64,000 nt of DNA from a virus. Positions within the stretch are counted from its first letter, which is position 1, and each line of letters opens with the position of its first letter. This document shows, piece by piece, positions 1 through 9,099 of the stretch. Below the pieces are notes generated by a model that saw nothing but the letters and a program-made list of their open reading frames with translations, was not told the origin of the DNA and ran no database searches. Made by a program: the position numbers and the translations under genes. The stretch lies in IMG/VR virus record IMGVR_UViG_3300020392_000005; one strand, written 5' to 3'.

Positions 1-687
1 ATTACCTTCTAGGATTGGTTGTAAACACATTATCTTATTAGAAGCAAGGTCAATCTCATCAAGGAGCAATATTGCACCTCTCTCCATTGCCTCAATAACA
101 GGACCATTTTGCCATACGGTCTGACCATCTTTAAGTCTGTAACCGCCGAGTAAATCGTCCTCGTCTGTTTCAATAGTAATGTTTACCCTAATCATTTCTC
201 TCTTACTCTCGGCACAAGCCTGAACAACAGAAAAAGTCTTACCGTTACCAGAAAGACCAGTAATGAATATCGGATAAAATCTTTTTGATTTAACGATACT
301 TCTTACATCTGGATGATTACCAAATGATACGAAGCCATCATCTTTTTGTGGAACGATATCGCCTTGTAAAGATGAAATCACATAAGCAGCTTCTGATACT
401 TTTTCAGAAACAACTTCTTTTTTAGTTTCAACTTTAGGTGAAGAATTTGTATCAGACAATACCTTGTCATTAGATACAGGTTCAACGGCAGGGATACCGT
501 CTAAAGGCAATTTGTATTCGCCTCTACCAACTCTCAATTCAGGATTTCTTACCAACCATTGTGGTTTGAAATTCATTCCAAGAGACTTGGATACTTTCAA
601 TAACTCATCATTATTCAAAGTAGGTTTGTTGTACATCTTTTGGGCAGCGTCAACAAACTCTTTTTGTTTAGTGTTCAAAGTTAACAT
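1..687 (-). CDS. cobS: MoxR/CobS-like AAA+ ATPase (truncated by window start; absent from ORF track)
   Basis: Manual translation from ATG at 687 gives MLTLNTKQKEFVDAAQKMY..., with Walker A ITGLSGNGKT and Walker B ILLLDEID followed by CLQPILEG; GGAGA RBS upstream; lies next to a VWA partner. Confidence 0.88.
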   Translation of the reverse strand, partial: MLTLNTKQKEFVDAAQKMYNKPTLNNDELLKVSKSLGMNFKPQWLVRNPELRVGRGEYKLPLDGIPAVEPVSNDKVLSDTNSSPKVETKKEVVSEKVSEAAYVISSLQGDIVPQKDDGFVSFGNHPDVRSIVKSKRFYPIFITGLSGNGKTFSVVQACAESKREMIRVNITIETDEDDLLGGYRLKDGQTVWQNGPVIEAMERGAILLLDEIDLASNKIMCLQPILEGN

Positions 688-720
688 AATGTAGTTCTCC
701 TTTTTTTAGTTTATGTATAT

Positions 721-769
721 ATGCTACCATATTTTGATACATATGTCAAGCAAAAAATGAGCATTTTTT
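721..769 (-). promoter_or_regulatory. sigma70-type early promoter with upstream A/T palindrome (copy 1)
   Basis: Minus strand TTGACA-17bp-TAGCAT with TG extension; AAAAAATG-AG-CATTTTTT palindrome at 752-769. Confidence 0.75.
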
Positions 770-809
770 CAACTTTTTTTGTCATATATATCAACGCTTT
801 TTGCATATA

Positions 810-3125
810 CTAGGCGACCTGTCTGATAAATTTGTTTAGTAATACTCTGGAAACGGTTCTTTGTTTCATTGATTTACTAAACACTCTTCTAATATCGCCT
901 TTTTTAGCGTCTTCTTTTAACTCATCAAGGTTGGCATTTTGTACTACCATATCTTTACCATTGATTAGATAAAATTCGTTATACCCATATGCTTCAACTG
1001 AAGCAGCTTTGTGTTTATTATATTCTTGTCTGACCTTCATTTTAATTTGGTCTTGTAAATCCCAAGTCAATTTTTGTTGTCTTTGAGATAAAGCGTATCT
1101 ATCAAACTCCCATCTTCTAGCAGACTTTAGAATAAAGAAACCGATAGTAGTAATACCAAACTTCTTTTTAAGTCCTTGTAGTAATAAACCGGTTGTACCG
1201 CCTTGACTTTTAATTTCTTTACCTTTAGATAATTTTAAGATACCTTGCGAACCATAACCTCTTTCAGGCAATTCTACTAGTCTACCATCAACGGTTGCAA
1301 AGTTTCCTTTATTGTTATTATTACTATGACCATCTGTCAAAGTAATTAAAGAAAGTTTTGACACTTGATACTTTGTTTTAAACAAAGGAATTACTTTATA
1401 CATAGTAGCAAGTGCCTCGTTCAAAGGAGTAGAAGAAAGATGAAACTCACTAGGCGGATATAATCTCTCAATATATTCACCATCAAATCTTCTTCTATAT
1501 GAATAATGGTCATTATAATACTTACCATAAGCATATAAGTAAAATAATGATTGGTCTAATTTTTGTTTTTTCAAAGTATGATTAGCAATCTCAACTAGAT
1601 TGTATGCTTCAAATCTACTATCACCTGCTTTGAAATTATAACAAGATTTCTTATTCTCTTTGGCGTCAAATCTTCTCTCATTCCAAGTGGCGTCTGATAT
1701 TCTATCTGAAAAGAAATATACTTTGAAAGGTATATTAATTTGTTTACAGAACCAAACTAATTGTAATAACTGGTCAACCGTCTTGCCAATACAATTTGAC
1801 ATACTACCTGACCAATCAAGTAATAAAATCATTCCGTGGTTTTTAGCGTCAGGTATAACTGATAGTCTTTTAAATATGTCTTCTGATATTTTGTATTTGT
1901 GTAATTTAAGTGGGTCAATAATTCCAGTCTTGTCAGTAGTCTGCCTCTTGTAACCTTCAGCAGATTTCTTCATTTCAAACTCTTTAACAAGGTATGAAAT
2001 AGTTGCCTTACTATCTCTTTTGAATTTTTTGTATTCTTCAAAGTTAGATTGAATATGTACTTTACTATGGTGTTGGTTCATATAATCATTATTAACTTGT
2101 AACCAATTCTTGTTAGAGTAAATAATGTTATCTAAATTGGCGTCTGGTATTTGAAAGTAATTGTAACCTCTACTTTCACTATCTACATATCTCTTCTGAA
2201 TTGAATTGTCAATATTGTTTTGAGTAATAGATTTCATAGGCATATTAATCTTAACATCTTTACCACCGGCACCGTCAGGATTACCAGTTTGATTTTTTAT
2301 GCTTTCAGATTTATCTTTTTCTTTTCCGTCTTCACTCTCTTTTGAACCGTCGCCGTTTTCGTTTGAGGCGTCTTCTGATTTAACAGGTTCGTTTTGACTA
2401 TCGGATTCACTTTTCTCCTGTTCGTTATTCTGGTCAGATGATTGAGAAGTTGAATTTGATTGTGAATTATCATTGTCGTCCTCTTCTGATTTTTCTTGTT
2501 CACCATACATCTTTGTTAGTGGGTGACTATCAAAGTCTGGTAACTTTTTAAGATTTTCATTTTGTTTCTTCTGCCAATCAGATAATTTTTTTGCAGCCTC
2601 AACAACATCAGCAAATGTTTTACAACTATCTACTAGGTCTACAAATAACTTATCTTCGTTAGAGAAGTTAATCTCATCTAATTGTTTTGAAGATTTAAAG
2701 TATAAGTTGATTTTATCAATCAACATCAATTCTGTATTTAAGTTCTTATTTCTAACATTGAAGAAATCATCATTCCAAAGAATATTGAAACCATCTTTAT
2801 AATCTTGTACAACACCAGGATATTTCTTTTGAATTAATTTGTCAATTCTAACATCTTCAATTACATTTATATAGTCTTTAATTTCTAATAGACCTTCATC
2901 TAAACATTTTTTCCACTCATCAGCAGGAGTATGTAAAGCGTGTGAAACTTCGTGTGCAATTAACATATCGTAAACAGCACCTTTAGGATTTTTGAAAACT
3001 GGAATAGTAAGTACCCTGTCTTCTAAATTAAAAGAAGCAGTCTGTACATTGTTATGTTGAATAGTAATATTTTCTGTAGCAAGTAATTTTGCTAGTTGTG
3101 ATTTGGAATCAATGTTGATGTTCAT
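810..3125 (-). CDS. CobT-like protein: N-terminal HExxH metallopeptidase-like domain, acidic linker, C-terminal VWA domain
   Basis: HEVSH motif; MIDAS DWSGS, STPLNEA and LTDG motifs; start moved to MNINIDSK because an AAAAGGA RBS precedes it. Confidence 0.85.
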   Translation of the reverse strand: MNINIDSKSQLAKLLATENITIQHNNVQTASFNLEDRVLTIPVFKNPKGAVYDMLIAHEVSHALHTPADEWKKCLDEGLLEIKDYINVIEDVRIDKLIQKKYPGVVQDYKDGFNILWNDDFFNVRNKNLNTELMLIDKINLYFKSSKQLDEINFSNEDKLFVDLVDSCKTFADVVEAAKKLSDWQKKQNENLKKLPDFDSHPLTKMYGEQEKSEEDDNDNSQSNSTSQSSDQNNEQEKSESDSQNEPVKSEDASNENGDGSKESEDGKEKDKSESIKNQTGNPDGAGGKDVKINMPMKSITQNNIDNSIQKRYVDSESRGYNYFQIPDANLDNIIYSNKNWLQVNNDYMNQHHSKVHIQSNFEEYKKFKRDSKATISYLVKEFEMKKSAEGYKRQTTDKTGIIDPLKLHKYKISEDIFKRLSVIPDAKNHGMILLLDWSGSMSNCIGKTVDQLLQLVWFCKQINIPFKVYFFSDRISDATWNERRFDAKENKKSCYNFKAGDSRFEAYNLVEIANHTLKKQKLDQSLFYLYAYGKYYNDHYSYRRRFDGEYIERLYPPSEFHLSSTPLNEALATMYKVIPLFKTKYQVSKLSLITLTDGHSNNNNKGNFATVDGRLVELPERGYGSQGILKLSKGKEIKSQGGTTGLLLQGLKKKFGITTIGFFILKSARRWEFDRYALSQRQQKLTWDLQDQIKMKVRQEYNKHKAASVEAYGYNEFYLINGKDMVVQNANLDELKEDAKKGDIRRVFSKSMKQRTVSRVLLNKFIRQVA

Positions 3126-3159
3126 AGTGTTGTGTCCTTTTTTAATCATTTATATACAT

Positions 3160-3208
3160 ACGCTACCATACTTTTAAACATATGTCAAGCAAAAAATGAG
3201 CATTTTTT
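3160..3208 (-). promoter_or_regulatory. sigma70-type early promoter with upstream palindrome (copy 2)
   Basis: TTGACA-17bp-TAGCGT; the same AAAAAATGAGCATTTTTT sequence at 3191-3208. Confidence 0.75.
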
Positions 3209-3345
3209 AACTTTTTTTTAGCGTTGATTTATAAGGGTTTTATATAATATAGTCTTATTGACCCTTAAATCGTAGGTTTTCGGCGGGTCTGGAGGGCGCT
3301 GGAGGGCGATTGTGAGTGTCCCACGATAGATTGTATCTAGGGATT

Positions 3346-4494
3346 TTAGGGTTTTCTGAATATAAACACAGGCTCATATTTCGCACCACTCTCCTGACTA
3401 CTCAACTGCAACTTGTATGTATCAGTATGTTCAAAACCTTCTTCAACTGCTAGTCTTACGGTGTCGTCTTCAAATGTCTTATGTGATTTAATGTTCGCTA
3501 CATTAAGACCCATATACTTACCTGACTTCAAACCGACTTTAACATTTTGTATAGTCTTTCGTAAGAAGCCTTCGTTCCAGTCTTCGTTAGTAGAAAACTG
3601 ATTAAATGATTGTGCCTCGTCTTCTGAATATTGTTCCCAATTAAAATATGGTGGACTTGTAAATGCGAAATCTAAACTATTCGCTTTAGGTACAAATGTT
3701 TCACTACCTTGTTTATTTAAGAAGTAATGATTATCTGGATTAGCGTGGTCTTCTTTAATCTCTTTTAAACCTTTAAATGTTAGTGTCGCTGGGTCAGTAC
3801 CTACATAATTAACACCTGATATAATCGCACCTAATATACGACCACCATAACCCATAGACATATCCCAGACTAGTTCGCCTGGTTTCATAAAGTTTTGATA
3901 TAAACAAGCAGCTGCTGTAGGTCTAAAGTTAGATACACATTGAGTTCCTGTATATCTTCTTAATAGACTTCTCATTGTGCTTTCTGCTTTGTGTTTACTT
4001 TCGGCAGAAGAATATGTCTCTTCGCCATATAGATTATATGCAATAGGTTTTAAATCGTCTACTTTGTATTTGCCAAAGAAAGAACCAGTTAATAGTTTTC
4101 TGATACCTTTCTTAAAGTGTTCTTCACTCTCAAATATCTCCATAGGTGTCTTCATCTTACCACATCTAATACCAAAACTATGTGGCATATAAGACCACGC
4201 CAATGATAAACCTTCTTGGTGTGGTTTAATAACTTTATCTTTAGTCAATAGATTTTTGCAATCAACTGCTCTTAACTTAGCCATCTTCTCTTGTCGCCAA
4301 GTTTTATCTGTACTATAATAAGGAAAACCTTTTGTTTGCCAGAAAGTATAAACTTCGTCTATGTTCTTTTCTAGTTCAGTTTCATCAACCTTCTCGCCTT
4401 TTAGATTACCTTTACTAGTGATTAAGTCTTCACCTTGTATATCTACAAAAGCTGCTAAACTAGCACTACCTTTTATGTCTGTTAACTTTTTCAT
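3346..4494 (-). CDS. DNA amino-methyltransferase (N4-C/N6-A type)
   Basis: SAM-binding WDMSMGYGGRILG and catalytic TSPPYF motifs. Confidence 0.8.
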   Translation of the reverse strand: MKKLTDIKGSASLAAFVDIQGEDLITSKGNLKGEKVDETELEKNIDEVYTFWQTKGFPYYSTDKTWRQEKMAKLRAVDCKNLLTKDKVIKPHQEGLSLAWSYMPHSFGIRCGKMKTPMEIFESEEHFKKGIRKLLTGSFFGKYKVDDLKPIAYNLYGEETYSSAESKHKAESTMRSLLRRYTGTQCVSNFRPTAAACLYQNFMKPGELVWDMSMGYGGRILGAIISGVNYVGTDPATLTFKGLKEIKEDHANPDNHYFLNKQGSETFVPKANSLDFAFTSPPYFNWEQYSEDEAQSFNQFSTNEDWNEGFLRKTIQNVKVGLKSGKYMGLNVANIKSHKTFEDDTVRLAVEEGFEHTDTYKLQLSSQESGAKYEPVFIFRKP

Positions 4495-4808
4495 TATTCC
4501 TCGTCTGGTCTAAACTTCGCTCTCATCTTTAATAATTTAGGTAAGTATACTACAACGAATACTATAATCCAGAAACCTAATACTAATCCTAGAAAGAACC
4601 ATCTGTATTCTGAAAATATAATACCTATTGAAACAAACGATACCCATACTATATCCATTGCACTATGAAATATCTGCCACTTCTTGCCATATTTCTTAAT
4701 TAGTTTTTCTCTTTTCTTTGCCATCTTTTTAGATAGATGACGCAATATAACAAAGCCTTCATTTAAGACCATTGTCAAATAACCTAATATAAAAATTAAT
4801 GTAATCAT
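4494..4808 (-). CDS. small membrane protein
   Basis: About three hydrophobic segments; overlaps both neighbours. Confidence 0.6.
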   Translation of the reverse strand: MITLIFILGYLTMVLNEGFVILRHLSKKMAKKREKLIKKYGKKWQIFHSAMDIVWVSFVSIGIIFSEYRWFFLGLVLGFWIIVFVVVYLPKLLKMRAKFRPDEE

Positions 4809-5083
4809 TGTCCTTGACTATCTGCCTTTCCTGTACCTCTACTATTTGTTGGTACTTTATCAGAATAGGTAACCGTGTTGCCGTCTCTTGCCTCTTGTTT
4901 TCTTATACTTGTTAAGTCAGGCATAGGTGCTGTTCCTTTATCTTTGCCACTTTCTACTTCGTATTTGTTAAATCTAGGTTTCTTTGATTTATCTAAACTA
5001 CCTACATCTAAAGGATAACCAGGTCTGCATTTAGTAACCTTGCCACCTCTTTTTAAAAACTCTTCTATTGTTTCTTTCTTCAT
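4805..5083 (-). CDS. hypothetical protein
   Basis: Begins MKKETIEEFLKRGGKVTKC; overlapping start/stop with neighbours. Confidence 0.6.
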   Translation of the reverse strand: MKKETIEEFLKRGGKVTKCRPGYPLDVGSLDKSKKPRFNKYEVESGKDKGTAPMPDLTSIRKQEARDGNTVTYSDKVPTNSRGTGKADSQGQ

Positions 5084-5244
5084 AGATATTTCTTTTTGTA
5101 CCAACTATAAAATTTCTTATCATTAAAGTATTGTGCAATATGATTAGCAGGCACTTGGTCACTTCTAATACAATCTGCGATATCCTGATAATCTGTAATA
5201 TCAACTTTAATTTGTTTGTCTTGTTTTATTTTACTTAATGCCAT
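5080..5244 (-). CDS. small hypothetical protein
   Basis: Likely start at MALSKIKQ; contains DIADCIRSDQVP; fits the gene packing. Confidence 0.5.
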   Translation of the reverse strand: MALSKIKQDKQIKVDITDYQDIADCIRSDQVPANHIAQYFNDKKFYSWYKKKYL

Positions 5245-5401
5245 TAATGTTCTTTTTCCGTTTTCGCTCTTGTAATATTCTGCCATAATTAGGCCAACCG
5301 AAATCATCAGGATGCTCGTCTGTATATCTCCAACGAATAACTCCTGTACTTGGGTTCCTCTCGTATATCTTTTGTCTTACTTGTTTTGTTCTTTTCGCCA
5401 T
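5231..5401 (-). CDS. small hypothetical protein (56 aa, not in ORF track)
   Basis: Manual translation MAKRTKQVRQKIYERNPSTGVIRWRYTDEHPDDFGWPNYGRILQERKRKKNINGIK*; fills the gap between neighbours. Confidence 0.6.
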   Translation of the reverse strand: MAKRTKQVRQKIYERNPSTGVIRWRYTDEHPDDFGWPNYGRILQERKRKKNINGIK

Positions 5402-5574
5402 TTATTATATCCTTCTAACCACTCTTCTTGTGGAGTATCTTTCGCTTCTCTTGCTTTGTCTTCATACTTCAATATTAAATTTGATAGTTGTTGAAATGGA
5501 TAGTTTCTAGCAACCATATCGTTTCTGTGCTTTTTCAAGTCTTCTAATAATTCTTCAAATAACATAATACTCAT
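5377..5574 (-). CDS. hypothetical protein
   Basis: ORF track; co-oriented and tightly packed. Confidence 0.55.
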   Translation of the reverse strand: MSIMLFEELLEDLKKHRNDMVARNYPFQQLSNLILKYEDKAREAKDTPQEEWLEGYNKWRKEQNK

Positions 5575-5580
5575 ACGCTA

Positions 5581-6273
5581 TCATACTTTCCCGAACCTGT
5601 CAAGCAGGTCTAATCTTTTAAAGTACGATTTCTCATATACCTCTTTATCTAGTTCAATACCTATATATTGTCTTCTCATTTCTTTTGCAATCCAAGGCAC
5701 AACACCTGAACCTGCAAATGGGTCAGATACTATATCTTGTTCTTTTGATAGGTATTCTATTATTAATTTAATGAAGTTGTCGTTCCACACATATAGGTTG
5801 AAAGGACCTTTTACATTACCTAGTCTTTTCGTATCATACACTAATATGTTCTTTAACCAATCACCACTTCTTTTGATTGTGCCTTTCTTTGTAAATACTA
5901 AACAATGTTGATAATTGAAATAGTACATATCTCTTTTATCTACTGGATAGTTTCTGACCATTATCTTATAGTCTTTTAGACAATATCCGTTTCTTAACAT
6001 TGCATTGTAATATGTAATATGATTAGGTAGTATCTCACCATTTATCTTTCTATCTGTTTGTGATATAACTACGAAACCATCATCTTTAGTTGTTCTCGCC
6101 ATTTCATCACACGCTTGATTTTGTAATACTTGATACTTCTTAACATCTTTACCATAAGGCGTTTGTGATATATCTGGTAAACTAGTAAATGTTAAGTTAA
6201 CACTCTGGTCTGGCATTTGTTTAAATACATCAAAGGCGTCTCCGTGTATAAACTGATTAATTATATTCTTCAT
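5581..6273 (-). CDS. N4/N6 DNA methyltransferase-like protein with atypical catalytic motif
   Basis: Beta-class layout: GDAFD...LTFTSLPD in the SPPY/DPPY position; C-terminal DPFAGSG and YIGIELD. Confidence 0.7.
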   Translation of the reverse strand: MKNIINQFIHGDAFDVFKQMPDQSVNLTFTSLPDISQTPYGKDVKKYQVLQNQACDEMARTTKDDGFVVISQTDRKINGEILPNHITYYNAMLRNGYCLKDYKIMVRNYPVDKRDMYYFNYQHCLVFTKKGTIKRSGDWLKNILVYDTKRLGNVKGPFNLYVWNDNFIKLIIEYLSKEQDIVSDPFAGSGVVPWIAKEMRRQYIGIELDKEVYEKSYFKRLDLLDRFGKV

Positions 6274-6727
6274 ATTCTTTCCACTTCTTTCTCATTTTTA
6301 CATATGTCAAGTCATTACAAACTCTATCTCTTATATTCTTAAATATTCTAGCACTCTTTGCCTTATCACTATACAATGCGTCTTTCTCTTGTGGTAATAC
6401 TTTACCATTACTATCATACTTTCTTCCGTCTTTATGATTAGCGTATCTTCTCGCTCTAGTGAAACCCATTTCTAAAAACTTTCTACACATATCCATACCG
6501 ACAAAATCATCTTTCAATCTGTAATCACAATACAAATCATATATCTTGTTTGCTGATTGTGTTGCAATATCTGGTGTTTTAAATCGCCAGTATTTACATA
6601 TATCATTTGTGTATGGTCTAACTAATAATACGCCTTGTTCACCACGACCTATTCTGTATAGTTTTCTAATATCTTGTTTTGTAAAATCTAGTTTCTTGTA
6701 ATCTAATTTATAATCAAACTTTTTCAT
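6257..6727 (-). CDS. DUF4385-like protein
   Basis: YRIGRGEQGVLLVRPY, DFVGMDMCRKFLEMGFTRARRYANH. Confidence 0.75.
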   Translation of the reverse strand: MKKFDYKLDYKKLDFTKQDIRKLYRIGRGEQGVLLVRPYTNDICKYWRFKTPDIATQSANKIYDLYCDYRLKDDFVGMDMCRKFLEMGFTRARRYANHKDGRKYDSNGKVLPQEKDALYSDKAKSARIFKNIRDRVCNDLTYVKMRKKWKEYEEYN

Positions 6728-7100
6728 TAATATATCTCTTCAATTCTTTATCTTTGACATCTTTAGGTATATCATTTAGATAGAATATTCTATAACTATC
6801 ACTACCATATTTACCTATGCCGTGTAAATCTTTTGCGTCTTTATAATCCCAAGTTAGAAAGTCAACACTCATTTGTTTCAATCTCATCAATCTTATATTA
6901 ACCATACCTAGAGGTTCTAACATCTTCTTTTGTGTATTACTATTACCTCTAATAAATTTTATAGGTGTAGGATATCTCTTAAATAATTTAGGCAACACTC
7001 GTTTTACTTGTACTCTATTTGTAAGATTTAAACATATGACACCTACCATATGTTGCCATACTGATTTAACTTGTTGTTGTACCATCAATTCTTTTTTCAT
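6714..7100 (-). CDS. HhH-GPD DNA glycosylase, MBD4-like minimal domain
   Basis: WQHMVGVICLNLT; helix-hairpin-helix LHGIGKYGSDSYRIF; DKEL. Confidence 0.75.
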   Translation of the reverse strand: MKKELMVQQQVKSVWQHMVGVICLNLTNRVQVKRVLPKLFKRYPTPIKFIRGNSNTQKKMLEPLGMVNIRLMRLKQMSVDFLTWDYKDAKDLHGIGKYGSDSYRIFYLNDIPKDVKDKELKRYINEKV

Positions 7101-7303
7101 TATTTAGGTCTCTTACTTCTCTTAAATAGATATTCAGCGACTTTGTATATTCTATGTAAATTAGTCACCTCATCTTTCCAATGTTTTGCCATTAGTGGTT
7201 CTGCAATTCGTCTTATTGCTTTGTGTTCTTTAGATTGTTTTACGCCTCTTTCAAAAACAGCGCCACCTGATAACTTCTCTTCTTTTTCAAACTCATTTAT
7301 CAT
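7100..7303 (-). CDS. hypothetical protein
   Basis: Likely start at MINEFEKEE, which minimises overlap. Confidence 0.5.
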   Translation of the reverse strand: MINEFEKEEKLSGGAVFERGVKQSKEHKAIRRIAEPLMAKHWKDEVTNLHRIYKVAEYLFKRSKRPK

Positions 7304-7712
7304 ATTGATATTTACATAATATAACTTTAATAGAACCTGCACCTCTTGTACTATATCTATTGAAGACATTTATATCGTTAAATAATACTGCCTCTTTCTG
7401 TTTACAAACTATTCTACATCTATCTACTTTGTTTACTACTTCAATAAAGTTTTCCATTTCAGGTAATACTTCTTCCAGATATACTACAACATTTATATTT
7501 CTATCTCGTAAGATATCTTCGTTATTACCGATATAAACAACTGGTCTTTCTAAACACTTACCTTCTGTTATAGTATCAAGTTGTTTTACTATCTTATCTA
7601 TTTCTGCGTTTGCTCTATCTGACTTTTCATTGTGAAATGCTGATACATCAAAATCTAGTTCGTGTATATCAAAGCCACTTTCTTTAAATAATTTTTCGTC
7701 TATGTATTTCAT
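7293..7712 (-). CDS. hypothetical protein
   Basis: ORF track; overlapping start/stop with upstream gene. Confidence 0.55.
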   Translation of the reverse strand: MKYIDEKLFKESGFDIHELDFDVSAFHNEKSDRANAEIDKIVKQLDTITEGKCLERPVVYIGNNEDILRDRNINVVVYLEEVLPEMENFIEVVNKVDRCRIVCKQKEAVLFNDINVFNRYSTRGAGSIKVILCKYQYDK

Positions 7713-8206
7713 TTTTTTATCTCTGGTATATAATATGCAAAGTGTATTACTCGTCTAATACCTTTACCATTGTTTGCTCTATGAAAGAAACCAGGTGCCT
7801 GATTTAACCACATATATTCTCCTACTTCAGGATAAATTCTATGTGGAGCACTATTAGTTTCTTTTACTTCTATATAGTTATCGTTTTCTTCTGTACCTTT
7901 ATCTAGGTAGACTAATATATTTGAATTAAATTTATCACCATAAACATAGTCATTATGAAACTCGTTGTTTTCTTTGGTTACATTTTGCCATAGTCCTGGT
8001 CTTTCAGTTAACTCATAGTTATCAAAAGTCTGTACAATTTTATTCTCTAATTGACCTTGTATATGTCCTAGTGTTCTTTGTTGATACTCACTTAAATTTA
8101 AATCATTTGTTTCATAATCTATTTCAGGAAAGTTTATGTTGTCAAATGCTTTGTAATCAAAGTCAACTTTGCCTTTATAGTATCCGTGTATAAAGAAACT
8201 CATCAT
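7709..8206 (-). CDS. 2OG-Fe(II) oxygenase-like protein
   Basis: HxD (FHND) ... distal H (FFHRA) ... R (RRVIH). Confidence 0.65.
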   Translation of the reverse strand: MMSFFIHGYYKGKVDFDYKAFDNINFPEIDYETNDLNLSEYQQRTLGHIQGQLENKIVQTFDNYELTERPGLWQNVTKENNEFHNDYVYGDKFNSNILVYLDKGTEENDNYIEVKETNSAPHRIYPEVGEYMWLNQAPGFFHRANNGKGIRRVIHFAYYIPEIKK

Positions 8207-9099
8207 TGTATACCACCTGTAATAGTATGTACTTCGTCATTAGATAATCTTCTGCCTACACACCAGAATACATTAGTACCTGTGCCTGTGTCAACATTTT
8301 CAAGCATCCATTTATATGCTTTCGCTTCGTATAAGTCGTCTAGTTTAAATGATGATTGTTCTGGTTGATACTCTTTCTCATCATACATAGGTGTATCAAT
8401 AGTAATATTGAGAGGAGTACTATAACTTGTTTTGGGAGTGTAAAATTCAAAGTCATAATCGCCACTTTCTAAACCAAAATAACTTCTTATGTTTTTAGTT
8501 CTATCTGGTCCTACACCGACACCGATTATTCGTTTGACTTTCTTATTGTATTTCTTAATACCATACATAACGGCAGACATCTGAATACCTACACCACAAC
8601 TCATAACTAAAGTATCCATTTCATCTGGTAAATTCTTTGCTTGTTCACCATTAGTCTCTAACATTAATTCAGGTTCTTGCATAATCCATTTATCAAAAGA
8701 TGTATAGAAATAATTGTTTTGTTCTATTATATCTCTAGTTCTTTTTGCAAGTACACTATTGATACCGTGACCTGCAACTATTCTAATCTCACCACCATAA
8801 TATTGTGCAAGTTGTATTATGTGGCGTTTCTGTAAAGTTTCAGGTTTAGTACCACCAACTGCAAAAATTGAATTGAAACCATACTCTTTTGCAACCCTAC
8901 TGATAACACTAGCGGTAGGACTATGTACTGAAACAGATTGTATAACTCCGTTATTGTGTTCATTTTTTATCTTATCTTTATACTTTTCAAACAAGGCGAT
9001 TGTCTGTCTCATCTTACCACCATTAACATCGCCGTATGGTGCAAACTTATCGTCTCGTTTAAAGTATATATTATTGTACTTTTCTATGGGCGTCAGCAT
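8203..9099 (-). CDS. PLP-dependent enzyme, ACC deaminase/D-cysteine desulfhydrase (fold type II) family
   Basis: FKRDD...NGGKMRQ Schiff-base Lys region; SCGVG phosphate loop; LDDLYEAKA. Confidence 0.75.
   Translation of the reverse strand: MLTPIEKYNNIYFKRDDKFAPYGDVNGGKMRQTIALFEKYKDKIKNEHNNGVIQSVSVHSPTASVISRVAKEYGFNSIFAVGGTKPETLQKRHIIQLAQYYGGEIRIVAGHGINSVLAKRTRDIIEQNNYFYTSFDKWIMQEPELMLETNGEQAKNLPDEMDTLVMSCGVGIQMSAVMYGIKKYNKKVKRIIGVGVGPDRTKNIRSYFGLESGDYDFEFYTPKTSYSTPLNITIDTPMYDEKEYQPEQSSFKLDDLYEAKAYKWMLENVDTGTGTNVFWCVGRRLSNDEVHTITGGIQ

Noticed and set aside
3289-3308. GC-rich 10-bp direct repeat CTGGAGGGCG x2 in an intergenic region
   Set aside because: Only two adjacent copies with no spacers, so not CRISPR or iterons; no function can be supported
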